The position numbers and the translations under genes were made by a program. DNA of 63,935 nt, the filler included, from Salisapilia sapeloensis CBS 127946 (Eukaryota > Protista > Oomycota), in NCBI GenBank assembly GCA_023334545.1. It is 11 parts of 11 records of this genome, joined end to end, with 100 filler letters (N's around TTAATTAATTAA, not from the genome) between each part and the next. Parts side by side here need not be neighbours in the genome. Positions count along the whole stretch, not along the records: positions 9,757 to 16,590 come from JAADVB010000545.1; positions 16,691 to 41,667 come from JAADVB010000256.1; 9 more parts are not named here. One strand, written 5' to 3'. Below the pieces are notes generated by a model. It was not told the origin of the DNA. It searched no databases and saw only the letters and a list, made by a program, of their open reading frames with translations. Below are positions 9,757 to 20,209 of this stretch, piece after piece. Each line of letters opens with the position of its first letter. Position 1 is the first letter of the stretch.

Positions 9757-12030
9757 CGATTCAGATTTAATTCGCTCCGAGAATGTCATCTTTGTGTTGC
9801 AACTTTCACACAGCTTCTGCTACAAAGAGAGTGGTAATGGAAACCTCAACTTCAATAGTGAATGGGGCGTAAGAGGCAAGTTAGACCAAACGAAGAATAT
9901 GAAGCCAGATATCCATTGGCACCAATGATCACGTGCCTTTGTACTCCTAGTTTGGTGGGAAGTTGACTGGAAGTGTCGTGCTAGATTTCCAATGACAAGT
10001 GATAAATTAAATCGCCTGTTCTCAGTGAACGCGGAATTGCTCGATTCGATTATCATGGATGGGATTACACAAGGCGAATTTTCATATATGCCGAAATGGT
10101 ATTTAGCGTGAACAAGGTCTAACAGTCTAGAAGAGGCAGAGCGCTTGCTCGGGTAAAGGATTGATCCATACCCAGATGTCCGTGCCGAGAATATTGTTAT
10201 GCTCCGTCTCACGAATCGGTAGTAGGTACGGTGTTTACTTCCCCATTTTTCGCTTATGGCGTCTACAAGTAAATTGATCATTTTGGTGAATCCAGATAAT
10301 GATTCAACCTCCCCAATTCTACCGTTCCGAATCAATGAAGGTATAGATTAAAATGAAGATCATCTGTTGAAATTATTGGGCATGTTCCTGGCGGCGCTGT
10401 CGGCACTGTGTCACTTGATTATCCCCGTCTTTGTAAAAGAGATGAGCTTTGTGCTTCTTGTAACGGAAACTGTGCTCTGGCACATCCTCGTGGCGTTCCT
10501 ACAGAATTCGGTAACTTGGCTCGTAGAAACTTTCTATTTCGAAGTAGTAATTCTGGATGATCTAGGTATTGGGCTGGAGCAAAGGAACGAAATTTCGCTA
10601 TTCGCAACGCTTACAGGTACAGGAAAAGTTGGAAGTTCAAAATACGAGTCTTAAATGGTGTCACGACCACGAAACAATCTATACAGCTTTACGGGAGGTG
10701 AAACGGAGCCAATTGCATCAGACCATTGGCTTCAGAGCCGCTGACAGAAGACTTTTTACAGACTTAAACTCCATCGGCTACCTCTTTAGGATCCAAGCGG
10801 ATCTGTTGTTACCTGTCCCCATATGACGTGCTGTTCCCGTGGCCAGGATCCCAGGTGATTACGTTTGTCACATCTCTACTGGTACTGTGCTGCTGCCAGG
10901 GGACTATGGAAAACTTCGTCATAACTTAAACACAACTGCATGTTTATTGTCAGATAGATACGAATGACTTTATCCACTCCGTTTTTGCTCTAGAAGTACC
11001 GTACGCTCCCTCCACGCTAGTCCAGGCTGATGGACTTCCTGCTAGTCTGTCGGCTTATGATGCCCTAGCGAGCGCACAAATCTTATGTCAGCATCTTTGG
11101 CAAGTCCAATATGGCAGTATTCTCCACACAATCTGGAGGTGGTATTTAAGCTAGACTAGATGATAACCCATGGACGTCCCACACTGTTCTTGCTCATCTT
11201 AACAAAAGATTATCGCTATCAGAAAGAATTTTGCAATGGCAGTATCCTAATGACCAAAATTCCACGGCGGCAGTTATGCTGGTGATGTTTATTTCTGCGG
11301 TGTCCCACCTAATCTCCCACTTCTATGCCTATATTCGCTTTCGGTAGATGACAGCACCACGCATCTCCTCTTCTTCGATGGAGGTAGACGCGGAAACCCG
11401 GGTCCTGGTGGCTCCGGCGCAATTATCGTCACAGCTCATCTTCACTCTTAGAAAGCAAGTCTCGTCTGGGCTGCAAGCATCTTCTACGCATCACCCTCCA
11501 CGACCAACAACCTAGCCGAATACAGAGGCCTGGAAACTGGTCTGAAAGCGGCACTTCGTTTGCGCCTAACCGATCTCCATGTGATCAGTGACAGTGCTAT
11601 TATCTTACGACGAATACAAAAAGGTATCTCCCCGAAGGCATCTCATTTACAACCGTTGTACGAAGAGGATCAGGCGTCAGCAGCGTCCGTAGATGTTCGT
11701 TCGTGGACACATCACCTCCGACGATTCAATCGAATGGCTAACTCGGCAACCAACATTGTCATAAACTCGAGGAGCAGCTTCCAGATTTCTGGACAGTCTT
11801 CATGATTCCAAGTGTCGACTATCGTAGCTCACTTATCCAAGGATACTAGGCAGTGGTATCGCTACAGATCACTTGGTTCACAGGAATTGAGATCAGAGCA
11901 TCTCAGTTAGGCTTTCACTCGTCACTTGAGGTTCCTGCCCTTCACTTACAGGCTTCTCTGAACGGCTATGAACGCTCACATTAGGTAGATAATGATGTAA
12001 TATAATAGACCGAGGTTTTAACCAAAAAAG
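9757..12030 (+). mobile_element. Decayed 3' half of an L1-clade non-LTR retrotransposon with C-terminal archaeal-type RNase H
   Basis: 11362-11800 translates HLLFFDGGRRGNPGPGGSG...*...TTNNLAEYRGL...LHVISDSAII...SWTHHLRRFNRMAN (RNase HI motifs, stop at 11449). Upstream frameshifted pieces (RNFAIRNAY, LLLPV, CQIDTNDFIHSVF, HLWQV...LHTIWR) resemble the post-RT zinc-knuckle region. The 5' extent is uncertain. Confidence 0.75.
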
Positions 12031-12035
12031 GAAAG

Positions 12036-12879
12036 AAATTTATAGTACCGAGCGAGTATCGTGGTATCTAACCTTTGCGATGTATTGCCGGAGTATGCGC
12101 TATGTGTTTTGGATCGTACTCGATGGCGAAAATGGTTCTATCGGATGCAATCATCATTTATCCATTGCTCCAGTGTTGACTTTCATCATCGTATGAAGAC
12201 AACCTTCTTGCTTATTACAGCTATCTGAATGCACTCATTGTATAAATATGTATACAATAGGGATCCATTGCGCTGTGAGAGAAATTGGATACAGTTAATG
12301 TATCTTGTGCCATCATTGCCTTCAGCGGCGTCGTATGCGTCGCTTGACCTCGCTTCATCTTTGACTAAATGTCCGAAGATACCGGTAAAAAAACTTCCTA
12401 TTTCCATGTCTTCATTGCACTGCTAGCTGCATTCGGACGAGCGCTCTCTCATGTAACCATGCGTGGCCTACACAAGCTAAACTAGCATATCACGGTCCAC
12501 TACTTTTCCTGACACTCACGATCTTCACTGGTCTGTTGGCTTCTACTGATTGACCAGGTACGCCAACTCTATCCTGTATATACTTCAAGTGGTGCTATAT
12601 CTAACAGGTATTCGTCCTGGACATGTCGCTTGCAAAGTGGGCGATGTTCTATGGAAGTGGTGTCATCGGTTTCCTAGGCCAGGTGTGTGTGACTCGAGGT
12701 TTCCAACTGGAAAAAGCTGGGACGGCGTCGATCATGAGATACTTGGACATTGTTTTTTCTTCATTTGGGACTCCATCTTCATTGGGCACATCATTAGTCT
12801 ATGGCCTGTGCTCGGTGGCGTCATGATCTGCAGCTCCACCGTCGCGATAACGGTGCGGAAAATCCAAGGAAACCATTAG
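12036..12879 (+). pseudogene. EamA/DMT-family transporter pseudogene, 5'-truncated
   Basis: Fragments IVPSEYRGI*PLRCIAG...MVLSDAIII; EKLDTVNVSCAIIAFSGVVCVA*PRFIF; GFLGQVCVTRGFQLEKAGTASIMRYLDIVF, then a frameshift into FIWDSIFIG...VLGGVMIC. Several stops. Confidence 0.8.
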
Positions 12880-13299
12880 ATACGAAGCCAATTCCGCGTT
12901 TCAGAAATTTAGAGTATGACTGAACTCTTTTTCGTGAACAAGTTTCCATATTAGCTCTGAAGGAACTTTATTACTTGCATGCTTGGTAATCGTCGTGTTT
13001 CGTCAAGGCCAAATACGTCTCGTGATATTTTATCTTCTTGACTTAGAGATGATTTCGACATTGCGATGGGATGCCGCTACACGTAAAACGCTCGAGCACG
13101 TTCGAAGAATAGGAAGAGTGAAATGCTAGTCAATGTAATGAAAAGCATTTTTCTATAGTTCGGATACGACGACTCGCATAATCCTTCCACCACGCCTGTC
13201 GGTCCTCATCATTGTTCAGATATCTTTTTGCGCGGAATAAATAACGACAAGAAGTCCTCGCGATAGCATTCAACGACTTAAGTTGTCGAAGTTGCAATC

Positions 13300-14790
13300 A
13301 TGAAGGCCCCTCGACTGAGTCTTCTTAGTTTTCTTGCTTTTTGCCTCATCATTTCGACGTCTGGATCCATATATACTGTATCACATTCTATCGCTCGCAC
13401 CGATCAAGGTGTGCGACGAGCACTTCGAGCTTCGGAGCCCGTGAGCGTCATTGTCAGCTTTAAGAGCGGTAACGAAGAAGGTCTGGAGCAAGCTCAAGCG
13501 AGCTTTGAAGGTGGTTGCGACAGAAAGAAAATTGTACCGATCCTCAAGAAGAAACTTCAAACGCATGCCGACAAGTGTCAAAGAGAGCTCGATGAGCTCA
13601 TTCAATCGACGAAGGAAAAGGAAAAAGATTTTCAGCCGTGTTCAAAGTCTTTCACTTCATCCGTGAAGTACTGGATATCGAATGAGGCATACTTCCAACA
13701 TGCTACACCGGAGTTCATTGAAAAAGTATTGAAGATCTCCGGTGTGGACACCGTTCGAGAAGAACGTGTGTTTCCAGCACCATCGCCGTATGAATATTTG
13801 AAACCCGAGAGCAACGTCTTGAACACGACTGCGGAAGGTGATGAAGGCGCTGGTGGTAGTGCATGGGGCGTAGAACGAATTGGTGCACATCAAGTTTGGA
13901 GAAGAGGGTACACAGGAACAAACGTCGTTGTTGGAGTCATTGACACTGGCGTTAGTACCTTTCATCAAGACCTGTGGGAAAACTACGTTGGCGACTATGG
14001 TTGGTTGGATGCTGTTACTGGTCATCACGAGCCCTTCGACGATATGGGGCACGGCACGCATATTACAGGAACAATTGTAGGTAAAAACGGGATCGGAGTA
14101 GCACCAGACGCAAAGTACATGTCCTGTCGAGCTTGTGATGTAAATGGATGTCGAGAAGGAAGTGTAAGGATGTGTGTCCAGTTCATGCTGTGCCCCTGGC
14201 TGCCTGGTCAAGAATACACTGAGGGTGATTGCAGCAGAAGTGCGGATGTCATTAACAACAGTTGGGGCGGTGGAGAAAATGGTGACTTTTTCCGTAGTTC
14301 ACTCAGAGCCATGGAAGTAGCGAATGTCCATTCCTTCTACTCCGTCGGCAACAACGGACCAACTTGTGGCACAGTCGCTCCACCTGCAGACATTGCCGAA
14401 GCTGAGGCAATCGGTGCTACTGACTATAATGATGCATATGCAGAATTCAGTAGCAAAGGTCCTACTGCGAATGGAGTTGCCAAGCCGGATCTATCAGCGC
14501 CCGGGACACACATACGCTCTGCAAGTCATCTCTCCATGAACGGGTACGAGTCCTTCTCTGGGTCGAGCATGGCAACTCCTCATGTTACCGGGACTGCAGC
14601 TTTGCTCTTGAGTGCGAATCCTAGTCTGTCCACTGGTGATCTCAAGTGGATTCTAGAGGAATCGTCATACAAAGAGATTTCAGTCTCAGCTGCGATTGAC
14701 TGTGGACAGTTAGGAATTGAGCATGGGGAAGTGTCTGGAGTTGGGAGACTTGATGCGCGCAATGCGATGGAAAGTTTAGTACCATCTTAA
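13300..14790 (+). CDS. Secreted subtilisin-like serine protease (S8)
   Basis: Signal peptide, prodomain, catalytic triad motifs VGVIDTG, HGTHITG, SGSSMATPHV, oxyanion Asn in VGNNG. Confidence 0.95.
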   Translation: MKAPRLSLLSFLAFCLIISTSGSIYTVSHSIARTDQGVRRALRASEPVSVIVSFKSGNEEGLEQAQASFEGGCDRKKIVPILKKKLQTHADKCQRELDELIQSTKEKEKDFQPCSKSFTSSVKYWISNEAYFQHATPEFIEKVLKISGVDTVREERVFPAPSPYEYLKPESNVLNTTAEGDEGAGGSAWGVERIGAHQVWRRGYTGTNVVVGVIDTGVSTFHQDLWENYVGDYGWLDAVTGHHEPFDDMGHGTHITGTIVGKNGIGVAPDAKYMSCRACDVNGCREGSVRMCVQFMLCPWLPGQEYTEGDCSRSADVINNSWGGGENGDFFRSSLRAMEVANVHSFYSVGNNGPTCGTVAPPADIAEAEAIGATDYNDAYAEFSSKGPTANGVAKPDLSAPGTHIRSASHLSMNGYESFSGSSMATPHVTGTAALLLSANPSLSTGDLKWILEESSYKEISVSAAIDCGQLGIEHGEVSGVGRLDARNAMESLVPS

Positions 14791-14940
14791 GTCCTATAGA
14801 TGATACCAATTACGGATGGGCTTTGACATTTTGACCAAATACAGCGTATCCGTTTTTCGTTGACTTTTTATAGCTCGCATAATTTCTTGTCCGATCTCAC
14901 TATACGCCGCTAGTCCCGACACTGAATTAAGTAACAAGAA

Positions 14941-16284
14941 ATGAGTGCGGACCATCAAACGCGTGAATGGGAGCACATTCCATTTAATGCGATTACAATC
15001 TGTGAAGAAATTGGCGGTGGTGGAGCAGCACTAGTCTATCGTGGAGTTTACCAAAATGAGAATGTCGCGCTGAAGTCACTTGTAAGGAAGTCTAATCTTG
15101 TAGTATTTGTGGTGACCACTAGGACGGAAGTTAATACGCTCTCGATGTTTAATTGATATAGTTTGATCCAAGAGTCGACGAAGAACTGAAGCAAGAGTTT
15201 ATGGATGAATTACACGTCCTAAGGTATGTTTCTAGAAAGAGTTTCTAAGCCGTTTGATGGTACTTACAAATCACTATAGCAAAGTCCAGCACCCGAATGT
15301 CGTCGCCTTGATTGGTGCATGCCTAGATCCACCGAACTTGTGCATGGTAATGGAGCTATGTGAAGGATCATTGCATGACTCGCTACATGTTTCGAGATCT
15401 CAGTTTGCTCCTCAATATCAACTTAAAATTGCTGTAAGCATACTATTAGCAACTAAACTACAGTCTGATTGATCCTACAGTCTACATGAACATATTAGAG
15501 CGATATTGCGTGTGGTATGCGCCATTTGCACGCAGTTCGTCCGGCCATAACTCATCGGTATCCTCGACATCCACATCTACACTACCACCGTACAATTGAC
15601 AAGAGAGATTGCTCATTCTCGTGTCTGTAGTGACTTGAAGAGCGCAAATGTACTCCTTAATAAGCATGGAAACGCAAAGCTTTGTGATTTTGGCTTGGCT
15701 CGGTATGCTCTTAGATAGACTGATCGTATTAGCGTTTGGCTGATTAATTGACGGTATGCAACCAACAGCTCGAGAAACAGCACCGCTGGAACACCAAGCT
15801 ACATGCCTCCTGAGCTGCTAGCTGGTCAACCGTTCTCAAAGGCAGTGGATGTGTACATGTTTGGTGTCGTCCTGTGGGAAGTATGACGTGCAAACTAATA
15901 ACACCTCCACTGACACAATCTAATATTTACATGACCGAAACTAGATATATACACAAGAGATACCATATCGAGGATATGATGCGGATGAAGTTCGCCGCCA
16001 GGTTTTAGATGGAAGGCAACTACGGGTTCCTTCCATCGATTGTCCTGAACCCTGCCAGGTAATTCCTTGTGCTCCATTCTGTTAATGTCGATTTATAATG
16101 TGCATCGATCGCATACGTCGTTTAGGCTCTTATCAAAAAGTGCTGGTCGAAGGATCCAGCCCAAAGACCAACTTTCGAAGTGATTTACGAGGTGTTGACA
16201 AGTACATCTGCTCCAGAACCTAGTTCTAGCATCGACAACCTTGCCGGCGGTGATGCTTTGGACAGCCTACTTAGGTGCAACTAG
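14941..16284 (+). CDS. Tyrosine kinase-like (TKL) protein kinase, 8 exons
   Basis: Splicing GT-AG introns 15082-15161, 15224-15279, 15434-15498, 15558-15630, 15703-15768, 15881-15944, 16059-16125 gives [67 protein letters not shown]. Confidence 0.93.
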
Positions 16285-16590
16285 ATTGTAGATGCATTTC
16301 GGTACTAGGATAAAAATCCTACAGATGCATAAGCGCCAGATCAAATTGAATTAACGCTATATCTGACGAAACCTTAGTAGACCGTTGGATACATCTCATC
16401 CTGTAAACTCAACTGCAAATCCAACTCATAGAGAAATTTTTACATGTGGTAGCCAGAATGATCGACAGCTATAGCGTTTTCGATCATCCCGTCGATACTC
16501 TGTTCGACTTGTGTAAGTTCCCGCGTCGTAGAGATAGCATGTAAGTGGAAAGTTGTCGGCTAGGTTTGCAATAAATAAAAAAATAGCCTC

Positions 16591-16690
16591 NNNNNNNNNN
16601 NNNNNNNNNNNNNNNNNNNNNNNNNNNNNNNNNNTTAATTAATTAANNNNNNNNNNNNNNNNNNNNNNNNNNNNNNNNNNNNNNNNNNNN
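16591..16690. other. Artificial contig linker
   Basis: N-TTAATTAATTAA-N, 100 nt. Confidence 0.99.
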
Positions 16691-16948
16691 GATGGTCAAG
16701 TCCAGGTGCTCATAGTTCGGAAGTGGAAGCGTGTGGAGCTCGAGTCCTTGTATCTGCTTCGCCAGCATCCGGAACTTGCCTCGAGCATCATAGTACGTGT
16801 CGGAGAAGAGTCCCTCAGCCGTGGCATTCGCCGTGGGCGAAGGTGGGAGGTGGACATCCAACGGCGCAAATCCGTGCTGCACACGCAGTACTAGTGAGAG
16901 TATACCGACCGCAAAGGCGAATATCCATGGCATTGATGAGACCGACAT
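16691..16948 (-). CDS. N-terminus (3'-partial) of a signal-anchored DUF2817/M14-like putative carboxypeptidase
   Basis: Hydrophobic leader, then FSDTYYDARGKF...LDLTI, recalling the FSxxYxEARxxF...LTIDV start of DUF2817 proteins. Cut by contig end. Confidence 0.55.
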
Positions 16949-17090
16949 GGCGCTTGGGGGGAAGTTCAAGTCTTGCTTCGTACTTCAATGCCAAATAGAG
17001 TTACTTGTAGTTTTTACAAAACGGGTCCGTTTGGTGTGTATAAAACAATAAAATATTCGATCCAAAACAGTAAGAAAATCGAGTAAGAAC

Positions 17091-17609
17091 ATGGCGGATG
17101 GATACGACCCACAGAAGTCCCGTGTTGCGGAAGACACGCTTGCTGACTTCCTCCGTGCCCCGATCAGTGGGGAGCTTGATGAAGTGCCTGGCATTGGTCC
17201 GGCAGCGGTCGAAAAGCTGTCCAAGGGCGAAGAGAATGATCGTGTCATGAACACCTACCAACTCATTGGCAAGTTCCTTATGCTCAAGGTACGTTTGATG
17301 GTCCATGAATGTCCATACAAGCCCATGCAAGCCCATGCAATCATTCCAATACAGTAATCTAACTATTAGTATCCATAGGAATCGAGTGAGGACAGTGATG
17401 ATGGTGTGATCGACTGTGCCACCCACTGCGATCGCTTCTGGTATTGGCTCAAGGAGAAGGGAATCACGGCATACCGAAGGTATTTGATATACATCTAGTA
17501 CTAATAATTCACGTACTAAAATGGTATGTCTAGTGGTATCGTCATGGCGATTGCTGAGAAAGTGAACACGATGGTGCCAGGCATTTACGACTCGGCTGAA
17601 TTCCAATAA
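17091..17609 (+). CDS. Barrier-to-autointegration factor (BAF)-like helix-hairpin-helix DNA-binding protein, 3 exons (17091-17288, 17379-17479, 17534-17609)
   Basis: Spliced ~124-aa product has DFLRAPISGELDEVPGIGPAAVEKL...TYQLIGKFLMLK...DRFWYWLKEKG, colinear with human BAF [26 protein letters not shown]...AYVVLGQFLVLK...DLFREWLKDTCG. Confidence 0.75.
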
Positions 17610-17774
17610 ACCCACCTTTTTACTATGATGCTTCTATCCAGGACGAGAGCAATGCCTACCACGTTGATGTTCGTCTAGGCAAACCGAAAGAAAATCATTT
17701 CGCACTTCTCTTTCTTTTGTTCAGATACTTTTCTTTTCTTAGTTTCAAGACCCAAGTAGCTACACATACGCGAG

Positions 17775-18792
17775 ATGACGAGGAGAGCGAAGGAAAGGAG
17801 GGCGCTGCGGATACAGGATAAGCAACGGTTGGAACAGCTTGAAGCAAAGCTCGGGGAACGGTCGGACTGGAAACGGCTTCTAGATGTTATCGATAATCCA
17901 CCACGAACAGCTACACGAGCGCTCGGAGGCGACGAAGAGTTTATCGATGATGAGCTCAAATGGCAGAGCACGCAGACACCGATTGCAGCTGCTGCTAGCT
18001 TCCAGCTTCCGATCAAGCTAGATGCAAGGAGGGGCACACTCCACTATGACTTTCAAGTGGAGGAATATGACATTGATTTTAGCAGTAAGAGCTTGTAGAT
18101 ACTCAGGTCGATCATGCTTACTCATATCTCATGTAGTTCAGATGGTGAATGGAGACGGAGAGTTGAGAGAGATGCTGCCCTCACAAAGGTATGAACGTCA
18201 TAATGGACGCATGAGTCTACAAGGTCCAGGACTTGTGCTCATCCTCTTTGACAATTCGTTTTCGTGGGTGAATGCCAAGCAGCTTGCATACGCTTTTAAA
18301 TTACGGCAAGAGATGGCATTAGATACACCTGACAAGCGTATTCAGTTTGCTCAGAAAGCTCGTCGTGAGCGTACGGATGCGCTGGATGTGCAGAAGAAGG
18401 AAATGGATAGGATTAAGTATCGGCAGGCACGAAATGAAGGAGAAGTAGTGGATATTGAGAACGAAATGAAGAAATTGCAAGAGAGACTGGACAACCTTCA
18501 GAGCGAGAATGAGAACCTAAAGAAACAAAAGGAAGAGACGGAGATGGGAGTGGTAACGTTGCAATGGGAAGTCCATGCATTGAATTGGAGAGCTCTGGAG
18601 ACAGGGCTGAAGAGTCTAGTGCTGAGTTACTTGGACAAGAAGAGTCTGGCAATGTGGTGCGTTCTTATACAGTATTAACTTGGATGTACATACAATTAAC
18701 AATAGTGAAATGATAGCTCCATGGTCAGCCGAAGGTGGAAACAAGACGTAGAGGAAATGCAAAGCCATGAGACGCAAGCCGCAAATGAGTAG
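17775..18792 (+). CDS. GOLD-domain + coiled-coil protein with C-terminal F-box-like motif, 3 exons (introns 18085-18136, 18657-18716)
   Basis: LHYDFQVEEYDIDFSI...LVLILFDNSFSWVNAKQLAY (GOLD); heptad region EMKKLQERLDNLQSENENLKKQKEE; C-terminus LETGLKSLVLSYLDKKSLAMCSMVSRRW. Confidence 0.75.
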
Positions 18793-18893
18793 ATCGTGAC
18801 GCAGACATGTTGAATGAAATGGAATTTTGAAATGCTGTTAAAGAGTGCCACTTTCGTAACTGCAGTTAGCTACTAGTCCTTAAAGCTGTCACG

Positions 18894-20119
18894 TCATTCA
18901 GGTTGTGTGAGGGCGAGGATCTTATCCAAGTACTTGAGAGCTCTAGCTGTAGAATTATCTTCTCCGTCTTCTTCTGTGCAGTTTGTGTCTGACTCCAACG
19001 CCTATCATGCAAGCTACATGAGTGTTCACTTTAAATTACTGTGTACAATAATTGCTTGCTTACCGGGTTTCTAGAAGCCTTTTTAATTAAACTGGAGTGC
19101 ATGAACTCTCGATACTTGTCCGGCGAGTTGTCATTTTCACCATCTCTTACGTTACCCTCGATTAAGGACTGCTCTGCATCTTTTCCGTAGTACTCGCGGT
19201 AAATGCGAATATACCTCTTTAGCGATCGATCTGTCTTGGATGCTTTGGGTGGACTGCCCATGACATCGACAGTAGGATCTATACACTGGTCTTGACTAGT
19301 CTCTGTTGGTCTTTGGTCAGCGCTTGAGGTTTCGACTTCCATTGGACGGATGGAAGGCTGAGCTTTGTTGTGCAAATTAAACTGACCGGACAGCAGATTG
19401 TCTGGACAGCTATGTGAACACGATGTCGTATCTACACGCTCCATCACTGAGAGTATGTTCTCGGAAGCACTCCGCGCAGCTATAGTCATGCCATTTGCTT
19501 TTAGCTGAAAGCCGCTTAATGGCGTATCATGATCGTCTGTATGAAGATCCTTGGGAGTAACTTGCGTCTCTGCGTGCAAATGGTCACCCGGTTGTGCTGC
19601 TTTGATTTCATCTCCTGTCGTCTGACTGGACTTGTCCAATTCTTTCTTTTCCATTATAGCAAGTGGTGCCTCTACTAAATTTTGAGTATTTTCATGTACT
19701 ACCGTGGCCTGTACTACTTCTTGACATTCTTCTTTTGAAAACACTGCTTTGCTCTGATCTGCGTTTGGTGTCTTCCTACGTTCCACCGGAGGCATCAACT
19801 CAAACCGCTTCGTCCGTAACAAAACGCTCTTTTTATAACATCCAGTTTTCGAGCTCCTGAGCAGCTTCATCTTGTCTGCTTTTGCATTAGGCACATGATG
19901 AAGCGGTATCGGAATGTCCTTTGCTTTGCGTCTACGTTGTTTGGTCTCTTGGCTGGACACTTCCACCTTTGGTTGGGTACGATGACTATGTCCTACTTCA
20001 GAATTGTCATTTCCAGACACAGACAGCCATTCTTTCCTGTCTTCTCTACAAAAGCTTGGTATCGGAATGCACGGAGCCTTTGGTAATTGCAGGAGGTACA
20101 GGACGCGCTCTTGGGGCAT
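18894..20119 (-). CDS. Hypothetical low-complexity protein; probable small last exon (about 18894-18990)
   Basis: 362-aa ORF. Donor GTAAGC near 19062 could splice in frame to ALESDTNCTEEDGEDNSTARALKYLDKILALTQPE*. No domain recognised. Confidence 0.55.
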
Positions 20120-20209
20120 ACCTGCGTCTTTTCAAGATGACATGGCTACCTTTTATGGCATTTTGTGTGTTTGTATATACACGAGCAGAAATAAGAGCAG
20201 AGGGACAGG

